This document shows, piece by piece, positions 12,533 through 24,200 of a DNA stretch of 34,818 nucleotides. A program made the position numbers and the translations under genes. The notes under the pieces are model-generated. The model was given only the letters and a program-made list of their open reading frames with translations. It had not been told where the DNA came from and did not search any database. The DNA comes from Collodictyon triciliatum (Eukaryota), in NCBI GenBank assembly GCA_043381765.1, contig JBHJMP010000892.1:1-34818 (forward strand). Reading direction: 5' to 3'. How positions within the stretch are numbered: position 1 is the first letter of the stretch; each line of letters begins with the position of its first letter.

Positions 12533-13380
12533 CTACGCCCTGCCAAACTTATCTTGCGCGCGTTTTTTTTCGTGCTCGTTCACCGCAATATCCGGCTGGT
12601 CTGGCTGTTGAGGTGATTTTGGTGTCTTCCTTGAAGATGACGACGACGATGACGATGAAGATGATGAAGAGGAAGACGAGTATTTGCTACTGAAGCTCTC
12701 GTACCATGCTTTCTTCGCTGGGGTAGCACAATCTATAAGTAGGTATACGCATATGTTATTTGGTGGCTATCAGTTTCCCCAGCATAAACACAGATTAAAT
12801 ACGTCATCTATTTTGTTTTGATTTGATTTTGACGCGCTATTTTAATTACGCTTCATTTGTGGATCTGCTGTTGGTTTTTCGGTCTTCCTTTGTGATTCCT
12901 TCGAGGAACGCCGGCTTTGGTGCACAGGAGGGAGAAGCATAAGTGACCTGTAAACTGAAAATGATTTCGATTCTAATGCATCTGGATCTGCTGGGATTGC
13001 ATTAGCTTTTGGTAAGGCCTTTGGAGGTTTGCTCGGCTTTTGATTCTCTTCGGATGGCGGGCTTCTCATCGGTTGCAAAGGAGGTCTTTCTTTCTTGACA
13101 AGTTCGGGAGCATTTTCTTTGTCAATGTCGGACTCTGCGTCTGAAAGCCTATATTACAAGAGAAAATGTTTTTACGTAATTCACTATATTGTTTGACAGT
13201 CTAATAAAAGTAAATTAATAGTAACATAGTGGTTTCATTTCGATTAGCTTATGACTGCTTGATTAAAATAGTTTATTTGGATGGGTCTTAAATTTGAAGG
13301 AAATCTTATATGATTTACCATATTCTGGAAAGAAGTTTGGGATAAATAAAGTATGTTATATTTATCAATTGATCATTATG

Positions 13381-13417
<37 letters not shown>

Positions 13418-13444
13418 NNNNNNNNNNNNNNNNNNNNNNNNNNN

Positions 13445-13475
<31 letters not shown>

Positions 13476-15823
13476 CGCTTTTTGAAATTTTGTAATTTTT
13501 GTGAGAGTGAATCCATGAATGCATGCCCATTCGTAGGAGACTGCGCTGTAGCTTTTCCAGGATGGCTCTCTCGTTCACGATTCTCTGACACGCCTTCGCT
13601 GGCACATTTCTCAGCTTCAGCTGGCGGCACGTTTTTTTCAGGGGATTCAGAGGGATAAGGATTCTTTGGGAAGCAGTTGGTCGATAAATCACCCATGTTT
13701 TTAATTGGACCCGGTGTCATGGACATTTGGGCCCTTGAAAGCTATATATAATAGAAGTTTTAACCTAAATAACGTTATAGAAATAATGGAAAAAGGAAAT
13801 AAAAGAAACGAAGTGGTATCAAATGTCTATATTGCGAAGAATTCAATGGATTACAGTTTCCAATCTTTGAGCCTTCGCAGCAACTTTTTCAGACGCCAAA
13901 ATATCCGTAATTGCTGGTCTGGTATTCGGGTCTGCAACTAAATTGGTTGGTGGGGTCTTGTTAGAATCGTGTCAGTTCCTGTGCATTTGGGAAAGAAAAG
14001 CATAATGATTAAAAAAACTATCTGGGTGAAACCATCATTTCTCACCAAGCATCATCTCTATGACATCTGCTAAATCTTGCGAGTAAAAATCAGGTATTGG
14101 TGAATGGGTCCCCTCCAACACTTTCTTTCCCAGTGATTTATAATCTTGAGCATTGTATGGGTACGCAAACGCGGCCATTTCGTAGATTACACAGCCTATT
14201 TTTTTTTGAAGCAGTTATCATACCACAGAAGAAAACGAGGAACAAATAAAATAGCAATCGATTTATGTAAGCTTAGCATCGCTTTATATAGGCGCTATTT
14301 CGTAATCTGTGTTTACTTCTGCAGCCCATAAAATCATTAAACTTTTGAGCGGTATGATATGAATAAAACATCACCTAATGACCATATGTCTGTCTTGCAA
14401 TTGTAAGGAACCTGGCGCCATACTGGGTTTTATCATGTAAATGCTATTAATTCATAGTGTGTTGTTTGTTTGTCTTTAAAGTAAAAGTAAAGCACAAACA
14501 GAACAAACAAACAGAAAAAACAAACAAAATCACGGCATCAACATGATACTCTGCCATACTCTCAGGGCTTTGATAATAAGGAGTCCCGATCATCGTTTTG
14601 GTAAGCTCTGAGTCTAAAATCTTTGCCACGCCCTGTCAAAAAAATTTTTTTATTCCACTTAAAATAAAAATACTGACAGATATTCTACGAATTTTAGAGA
14701 GAAGAAGCGAGAGATTTTCTCCTCTTATGAATGTAACTATAATTCGGTGAGGTAATATGCGAAAACTGCACGAATGAGAAATTAAATACCAGGTCCCCAA
14801 TTTTAACGTATCTGTTGTCTGTAATGAATATATTCGAGCTTTTGATGTCCCTGTGAATTATGCCCATTTCGTGAAGACACCGAAGCCCAAAGCAGAGTTG
14901 TATGAGAACAGACCATATCAGTTCCTCAGAAAAATGTTTGGGAGTATCTTTCGACTTTTTCTTCTAAATAGATAACCAGTGTGTCTGTCAATAACCATTC
15001 ATTTAAAGGTTATGACATCTTTCATCTAGAAAAAATAATTCAAACTCTTGGCGAATAACCTAATCGACCCAAAAACAGGGAACAAATCAAAACCTTTATC
15101 AGAGCATGCAAGTCTCCCTTTTGGGCGTATTCCATGACCTTGGAGGCATTTTCAAAGTTTTTTTTTAAAAAAAATAAAAACAGTTATTAAACAAATTCAA
15201 AATAAAAATTATCACACTATAGTTTATATATTATTGTGCTTGAAAAGTGCATATGAAACATGTTTTTATATTATTGTTTACATTTTAAGTAGGTAATAAG
15301 ATAGGGATTCTCATACAATAAAGAGCTTGTGCTCCTCAACGAAAGCCTCATAATATGATATGATGCAAGGGTGATTCACAGCAGCCAAGACCCTTATCTC
15401 TTCAAGGGCTCTGCTCCTATATATTTAAAAAAATAAGTGGGATAAAACCAAACACAAAACTCATTTTTATTTTATGATTTCGTATTATACAGCTATATTT
15501 GCGGAGTTATCCAGGTCAATTCACCACCACAAACCTTTCGTCCTTATCCATTCTTGATAGATTGATAACCTTCATCGCATAACTAGAAATATACCCATAG
15601 ATTTTGGTGAACGAGGACAATATTTTTTTTGAAATAATCGAATTTTGATATAGATTGGTAAAACAAAATTAAAAGTTAAATAACAGTTTGGAGGCTCCAC
15701 CCGAGTTTGTGACAACACAAAAATTTACTTGCATTTGTCTTGAACCCGAATGACCTTGTAGACTGCTCCGAAACCACCTTTCCCCAGTAAATCTCGCACT
15801 CGGAAATCCTTTAGCCCGCCCAT
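12533..15823 (-). CDS. NIMA-related (NEK) Ser/Thr kinase, DLG-type (FA2/CNK2-like), about 12 exons
   Basis: Spliced translation: [128 protein letters not shown], then a low-complexity tail with a poly-Ser run ending KFGRA*. The junction across the TAA repeat and N gap (13150-13530) is uncertain. Confidence 0.92.
13381..13474. repeat. (ATT)n microsatellite containing an assembly gap (N at 13418-13444)
   Basis: Directly visible; the true array length is unknown. Confidence 0.95.
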
Positions 15824-16855
15824 GAGATATATGTTCTTCTTAACACGCAATAAAGAGGACAATATGACTACATAAAATCGGAGCAATAGAACTTTAAATA
15901 TTTAATTTCATAAATAAATCATTAGTTTCTTTCCCTTTTGATGACTGAAATTGGAGGGAAAAAAGAAGTAGGGGAAATGGTGAGTGGCAAGATAATAAAG
16001 GTTTTTTTGGACAAATAAAACTCAACATATAAATGAGATTTATCTTTTCTTTGTTACACAGAATTATCGAGATTAAACTCAGCTGTGTATTTATGCATGA
16101 TGCAGGTACAATCACGCATATTCAAATGAAGCAGTGCAATCGACATATAATTTTTTTTTTAAAAAAAAAAAAAACTGTAGGTAGATTTGAAGCGAAAATT
16201 TTGTGTGTCCCTTTCTCTTAATTGCCACCGCGTCAAAAATTATTTTATCATTGGCATTATCCTGTTGCCGTTCTCTTGTTGGTTGACATAATTTAGATAT
16301 GCGTTTTTTTTTTTTTTCATCTTTCGGCATTATTATTGTAATTTATTTTATTTTATTTTTTAAAAAAAAGAATTTGGTCATAGAAATTGTTCATGCATTC
16401 GCATTAATGAAAGCAGGTGAGACAAATATGTTTTTACCTATTAGCTACTGTCCATGGAGAAAAAGCCAAATATAAATGCCATTTGGGAATAGAAAGAAAG
16501 GCATTTGATATTGAAAGCACTTGTGGATAGCATTAATTAGTGTGAATCGCCACACCACCGGTATTGAGTTTTTTTTTCCCCCTCTAATTTTCTCTGTGTG
16601 TTGATTCATTCCATCACTTTATAGATATTATTATTTTGGTTTGGGGTGATACTATTAGTGTGTGATGGGTTGTTGGGTTCATCATCGAGGATGTGAAATG
16701 CATTTCAATAGGTGGGTAGATTTGCCCAAGAGAAGGAAGGGAGGAAACCAATCTGCGCATGGCATTCACAGCAGTCTCCTCCTTGATTGTTGCTTTTCTT
16801 CTTCTTTCTTCACCTCCTCCCACCTGACCTGACCCGCAGAGAAGGCAGGGGCGGG

Positions 16856-18273
16856 TTAAACCAGCTCGGACAGAATCTTTGCGAACGAGGGCCGAGCACT
16901 CGGGTCATCGTCCCAGCACCGCTTCATCAGATCAACGAGCTTGGGATCTCCAGAGCGGGGCAGTGTCGGGCGCATTCCTTTGGCCACCTCCATGGTCAGA
17001 CGCAGCGGGTCGATGTTTGTGTACGGCCGCTGCCGGGTAAGCAGCTCCCACACCAGAATGGCATAGCTGTAAACATCAGCCTTCTCGTTGTATCGTGTGC
17101 CTTTCAATACCTGCGCATAAAAAACGACGTGGTGAATACGCGGTTGCATCCACATACAAAAAAAATGCCCCAGCCTGCGGAAGAAACATCACGCGGTGCT
17201 CGGAGTGGATGCAGCGATACTCAGTTTTTGTATCCGTATTGTTATTGTTGGTGTGTATCCACTGTTCTTGTAAAGAATGGATATTGTATTTGCACATGGA
17301 GATTGGTTGAATAAATGAGTACCTCTGGGGCGAGCCAAGCCTTTGTTCCGCACTTTGTCATGGTTTGGTTCTCTGCGCGAACGCGGGCAAGGCCGAAGTC
17401 GCAGAGCTTCACTTCCATCGGTTCCAAGGAGAAAATCTGTGGAAATGGGTGGGTGTGATTCAATCGGATTAATTAAGGAGGGAGTTGATGGTGATAATAG
17501 GCCATACAAGTATACACCAATAAATAAATAAAAAAAAATGACACATTTATTAAAGTAAGAGAGATGTCACCGAAGGAAATCGAATAAATTGGAAAGGTTT
17601 CAAGCGCATTACCAGAACATTAGGACTCTTCAAGTCGCGATGGCAGATGGGGGGTTGTCGAGTGTGCAGATACTCCATAGACTTTGCAACTTGAACCAGA
17701 ATTGTTCTTCTGATTGCGTCGTTGATGGCAAACTAAAACATAGTAATAAGTATGATTCACAATCATCGAGTTCACGATAACATATGTTTGACAGCTCGTG
17801 CCTCTTTGATAAAGACTTTAAGGCAAAATAAAAACCTTTTTATCCTCGATAAAGTTCTGCAAACTGCCGTGGGCTGCATACTCGAGAACGAAGCAGACAT
17901 TCGGCGCCTTCATATTGGCACCCACAAGCTTCAGGATATTTGGGTGGTCGAGGGTCCTGTATTAGACGCAAAAACATGAGCCATAGTCTAGACTTTATCA
18001 ATAGAAATATTCTTGGTTGGAGCAAAATAAACAATCTGTGGTATGATGTTTATCTTTCATTCGTTGTGTTATGGCATCTTTACTCACATCATCAGGCTGA
18101 TTTCGGATAAGAGGGAATACTGTTGTTTCTCGGGTATCTTTTGCTTTGAGAATTTCTTGATTGCAACTTCCTTGTCCTTGTAAGTTCCTTTGTAAACCGT
18201 GCCGAAGGAACCACTCCCAAGAACGACCTCTGATAATTTCAGCTTTTCCATTTCAAGGCTCCAAGTGAATTCC
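16856..18273 (-). other. Receptor kinase domain 2 (TKL)
   Basis: LGSGSFGTVYKG..VAIKKF, LDHPNIL, ICHRDLKSPNVL, KLCDFGLAR..TMTKCGTKAWLAPE, KADVYSYAILVWE, CWDDDPSARPSF. Confidence 0.95.
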
Positions 18274-21200
18274 TACAAGAAACCAAATGTGCTTAGGTAG
18301 ATGAAACAATTGTAGTTTTCTGTAAATCCACTAGAATGATACTTAATTAAATATTTGTGATTTGAGCTACCTGACGTTGTTGTTGTTGTTGCTGCTGCTG
18401 CTGACCGCTCTCATCGTTTGTGCTCACAATTGTCTGGAATATTGTTGAAGACTCTCCCGATTTCTTAAAGTACTCTGACCTCTCCCCCAAAGATGCAGGT
18501 GTAAGCTATACGCGTTTTTTTATTGGGCTAAATTTCTTGATATATTTGTATAATATTATACAGTTTGTTTCTTCGTCCTCTCTTTTTCATTAAACATAAT
18601 AAAGAAATAAAGTACGATTAAAAAATGGTGCATTCATCATACTTCAAAGAGATGGTCAACTGCTGTCATTCCCTTCAACATGTGCTCTCCCAAATCGTGA
18701 ACCAATGGACTTCCAAGTTCGTGAAGATGATTTCTTATTTCCTTTTGATAGAAAAAAAAAAAAACAAGACCGCATCATAGAGCAATTAAGTCATGTAAGT
18801 TATGTTAAATTCTATGAATTTTTATTGTTGTCTCCTTTTTAATTATTTTTTAACAAAAAAAAAAAGCTGAAGAAAGTAGCAAATGATGTAAAATGATATG
18901 CAAAATTCACTCCTAGACAAAAACGAAAAGGTATTGCGAGTCATTTACCTCGTAAGTCGGTTCGCTGATTGCAATCTGGCCACCAGCTGGAAAGGCTCCA
19001 ATTCTGTTTGCTCTGTTCACGGACTGTCCAAAGTAATCCATTCTCCCTGTCACAGCGTCTTCACGAGTCATCGGTTCGCACCAATGAACTCCCTTTAAAA
19101 ATAAAAAAATTCAGTGCCTATATAAAGTTTCTGTTTATAAATTAAATAAAGTAACATGCAGTCAAATAAAAAAATAAGCTATTAAATATTATAAAACAGA
19201 ATTCATGATTCAATACGACTGAGAATCCAGACCATACGAACGCGAAGTCCTCTGAAAAGGATTTTTTGGTCTACGCTCTCAATTGCTGTGGCCTTATGGG
19301 TGTAGATTTCAGAGGGCCATTCTGCCGTCAAGAGTAGTTCTTGAGCTCGCAGACAGAATTTCAAGGCATTCTTTGAAGATGTAAACGCAATGACGAACGC
19401 GTCGCCCTCCGTTCGGACTTCATAACCCTGTTTTGAGATGTAAACAAAGCTGAAATTTCAATACTAGAGAAAGTATGATATTAATAATATCGTTCAAATA
19501 ATACCCCCACAAAAAATGTATGATTCAAATTGTATGACCAATTATCATTAATAAAGAGTTAGATGCGAACTACCAGAGATAAATAAGATTTAAGATGACA
19601 TAAATACAATAATCAATTGATTAGTGGACAAACCTCAGTTGTTTTGATGCAACCTCGCATGATTTCGTTGTGAATGTGAAGTGCTGTCGCCATTTGCTCG
19701 TGGTATTTCTCCCACAACGCTGTTGAGCTCTGGACATCGGTAAAAACGAGCGCAACTTGACCTTTCGGCCCAGTGACCTTCTTTCGACCATTATCGGAGG
19801 AGCTTCTCATACTCGCAGTCATACTTCCACCCATGCTGAACGATAAACTGGAGCTCTTTTCGTCCAACGTTGTGCAAATTCTCTTTAAAATAGTTGAAAA
19901 GGTTGGCCTCTTTTCCATGTCCGAGTCCCAGCAGTTTTCCATCAGAGCTCGTATCTCTGATGGCATGATATCTTCCGGCGGTATATCAGGGCGCATACCG
20001 TTCTCAGCCACTCTCAAAGCAACAGATTCAGCAATTTCCTCTCCCTGAAATAGATTGAGGTTACCGATATCTGTATTGAAGTAAACTCTTGCAAAGAGAA
20101 AGGTGTTATTGATTGATTGTGCGCTTTTTTTAAGACATGATTCATCGAATGTGATTAGAAGATATAATTAAGTGGGTTACCTCGTTTTCGAATAAAGGAA
20201 AAAAAAAAGTGGGTTACCTCGTATGGGTCCATTCGCGTAAAGACTTCCCACATTATTATGGCGTAACTGTAAATGTCAGCCTTCTCCGTATATTTTTCGC
20301 CAAGAATAACCTCTGGCGCCATCCAAAGCAATGTTCCAGGAGGTTCATCAGAGGAGCTCTTTTTATCTTGAGACCCAGTTAGACCAAAGTCGCTAATGTT
20401 TACAAAGCATCTCGTATCAGTAAGTTTACACAGTCCTTGACATTATATGGGAATATGACTGGGGTTTATATCAATTTAGAAATTGGTTTACCTGATTTTA
20501 ACGTTCATTTTCTCGTCGAGCTATTTATTTATTTATTTATTACATTAAAAGCTAGCGTAATTAAGATGAACAAATGAATGGGTAAATGACGCCTTTCAAT
20601 ATATTTTTGAATCAGAGGAAAATGGAATTGAGCCTTAATCGAATCGAATATGACTTACCAAGAGATTAGGACTCTTCAAATCACGATGCAGAATCGGAGG
20701 GTTAGATAAATGTAAATATTGCAGACCTGCCGACAAAAAAAAAATAAGTATTTTTAATTGAGATATAAGGAGGAGCATAATTTCATTTTATATTTTTGTT
20801 TATACAATTATGGATGGTACTTCATAATGCTTAACTTATACTTGATGCGTTCATGTATTTTTTCAATAGAAAAAAAACCTTTTGCAGCGTCAGTGAGAAT
20901 TGACATTTTCATATGTACGTCGATAGGCAACGTTTCATCGTGCAAAACCTAAGATACATTGTGAATAGGTTAACCTTGTTTGATGCAGCAATTACAATTC
21001 TCATCTTTAGTTGTCATATGTATTTTGCAATCGAAGTTGAATTGGAGACTATATATGAAAGTAATTTTGTTTACAAAGGTAGTTTACATCATGTAAGCTG
21101 CCTCGCATCATGAGCTCAGATATAATGCATAGACGTTTGGGCTCCATACAGGCAGCCATATAAAGAACGACATTAGGGTGGCGAAGTTGTCTACCAATAT

Positions 21201-24200
21201 GTAACGAAAAAAAAATCAGCATATATTTGCTAATGAATTTTAATGTATTTACATAACAATAGATGATAAATCGCCTCCAAAAGAAAAGGATTTCCTTGAA
21301 TTTGATAACTTACACCATAACAGCGACCTCATCTTGGAATGCCTGTATTGATTTTTTTGTAATATTCTTTGCGCTGATTCTCTTTATAGCAACATCAGCT
21401 CCTCTCCAGAAACCAGCATAAACCTGGCCATTGGGATAAATGATTAATTTTTGAAGCATCTATTAGATGATATCTGAAGAAAAATAGAGTGGTTAGTTTG
21501 TAAGTTAAAAGTAACCTCGCCAAAGCTCCCAGCGCCCAGCAACCGCCCAAACTGCAAGTCTTCGTACTTGACATGTACGAACAACTGATCCTCTCGGGCC
21601 TTCATCTTCTTCATTTGGTCCCGGTAAAGAAGGCCTCCGATTACTACGAGAATGATAACAAACGCACTCGCGCCCCCAGCTATCCCACCAATAATGGCTG
21701 AGCTCAACTCATCTGAAATGAAGTGCTTAGTATATGAACTGGGTGGCTATTTCTATGCACAAACCACATCGAATGAAATAATGCACTTTCAAAATTCAAA
21801 TCAATTCGTTTAGCGGTGTATATTTTAAAGGCATTGAGTTCATAAAGTATATAAGCGAGGATGAAACACTCACTGCTTTCGTGGACATACTGACTACAGA
21901 TAGGCTTTTATTATTAAAAAATGCATTAATTAGTTGAAGTGAAAACTCGAATGCACAACATAATTTTATTAATGCTGAAAGATACATAAATAAATGTTGA
22001 AAAGGTACTGCGTCATTTGCTTGCTTGCATTTTTTGCACTCATTTGTCTTTTCATTTTCATAGTAACTTGCTGGGCATGTGCATTCTCCATCAACTATCG
22101 AGGAACTTGTCGGGCAATCTGTCCAAAAATGTAACCATGTGAATTTAGCTAATATTTATCTCATTGCAGCTTAGTTTTCTGCAAACAGCGAGAATAAATC
22201 TATAAATGTAAAAACGCTGTACTGAAGTATGTGACATTAAATCCCTGGCCGCGGTGGTTACTGCTAATATCAACCGAACTTTTTAGCTCCAGCGAAAGCG
22301 AATTATCCGCAGAGTAGAAAACTCCAAGGATTTCGCCTTTCAACTCCTCTGTTTTCGATTTTCCATCACTAGTTGACTTGTACGAGATGTAAAGCCTAAT
22401 GTTTTCGCAACATGTAAATGATATTTAGCACAGTGGTTACGACTAAAATTTTGTTTTCAAATTAAAAGAATCATATAGTAATAATAAGCTAGCAACATAA
22501 TCGTATACGTACATATCCCCTGCTGCGAGGCTGCCTCTGATGATGAAAGAGTTGGCATCCTTAATCATATATTTGCAATGGGTCCCACCGGGATATTCTC
22601 CCAAGCCACTTCCATCCTCGAGCAAGCTTCCTGTCCTTAATCCATGTACCGTTTTGGTATTTTTTGCATTGCAGAGACCTTTTTTTTTAAAAAATAAAAA
22701 AAATTAAAAATTAAATAAGCACTTGGTATATGTATATATAAAGGACCAATTTGACAATTAATTTATGCATCCTTTAATTACATAGATATGTGATTGAAAC
22801 TATCAGGCCAAATATCTTACTCGGCTTGTATAGGAATCCATAGGTACTGGAAAAGTAATCTGTACTCCCTCCATATATTATCAACCCGTCATCTGTTGCT
22901 ATTGAAGCATGACCACTTAACTTTGGGAGAGGAGCATCATCGCCATCTGGGTCCAACTGAATCCACGTTGATGTACCTTAGCAGGTAGTAAGCTCATTAA
23001 CGTTACTTTCGATGAAAAGTGGAAATCAAACGAAAAAATGGTTATTATCACCATGATTGTAGTTTGTATGATGTATAAAAATATATCATATCCGAGAGAG
23101 GAGGAAGAGTAAGAGTAAGAGTAAGAGTAAGAGTAAGAGTAAGAGTAAGAGTAAGAGTAAGAGTAAGAGTAAGAGTAAGAGTAAGAGTAAGAGTAAGAGT
23201 AAGAGTAAGAGCATTAAATGTAAGCACACCTATTTGATATATCCAAGTCTCATTGACACGAACTCCCTTAGCACTTATTCCTCCATAGACAACGAAGCTG
23301 TCTCCAAAGACACCGAAGCCCGCCTGATAAAGTTTGGGCCCATCTATGGTCACGCCTTGTAATTTTGTCCAAGAGTTCTCCACTGGATACAAAGGTCTCA
23401 TGATTAGTGATGGCATTAGCTGTGGGGATAAAGGATGGTAAGTGTCTCATCTCCCATGGAAAAATGAGAAAAAATGCATATGTATATTACCCATTCAACT
23501 TACAGTTATCGTAGAACCAGACATCTCCAAGGTTTCGGTTCTTGAAATCACGACCTCCATATACAACAAACCCATTCAAATACTTTCCATACGCAAATCC
23601 TGTTCGGGCAATCTATGCACCAAGAAAAAGATATTTGGTATAAGAAATGGCAAAAAGTATTTAAAAAAAAACAGTTTTCGTCATTAACGGATCGTCCATG
23701 TAACCACAAACTTACAGGCCCTTTATTTGTAGGAGCTATGGAACTTATTGATTCGTCTTCAAAGTCGATTTTATAAACACTGGTATAATCTTCATACACT
23801 CCCGTGCGGACAGTGAGCTTATTGTGACAATTAGGTTTCAAATATAGCTTTCAATACATAGCCAATATATTATGAAACATGAGCATTCCTCTCATGGATT
23901 CATTGGTATGGTCTTTCTTATAATCGACTTACATAGCCTCCCCAAAGATATGCCGTTGAGTCCTCCATAATCATAGAGAATCCTTCCTTTTCTAAAATGT
24001 GTTGACCCAAACCAAGGCTGGATGAAAAACTGACGGACATCCATGATGCGGCTATTAGAAATGAAATGATAATGAGTACTGAATTGAGAAGTATCCTCAT
24101 ATATTTATAGGGAATAAGTAAAAGGAGAATTTCATTTGGTTGCGTATCTATTATTAGCATACTTTTCTGTTTGCCATTCAGCACATTTGTCATATCAGCC

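Noticed and set aside
13315-13480. Alternative genetic code (TAA = Gln) to explain the in-frame TAA run in the NEK gene
   Set aside because: TAA and TAG terminate the other genes at expected positions, and no internal stops appear in conserved exons. Splicing explains it more simply.
16614-16860. Extra C-terminal exon of the receptor via a 33-38 nt intron removing the stop codon
   Set aside because: The frame works, but the intron would be far shorter than the others here (roughly 70 nt or more) and the kinase domain is already complete.
16856-21713. Endogenous giant-virus (mimivirus-like) kinase insertion
   Set aside because: The gene is densely intronised, fused to a host-like ectodomain and flanked by ordinary eukaryotic genes; no viral hallmark genes are present.
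24052-24162. Hydrophobic stretch inside Kelch ORFs (also about 25365-25465) suggesting extra TM helices
   Set aside because: These are stop-free 3n introns with good GT-AG ends at the standard blade boundary; removing them restores the Kelch spacing.
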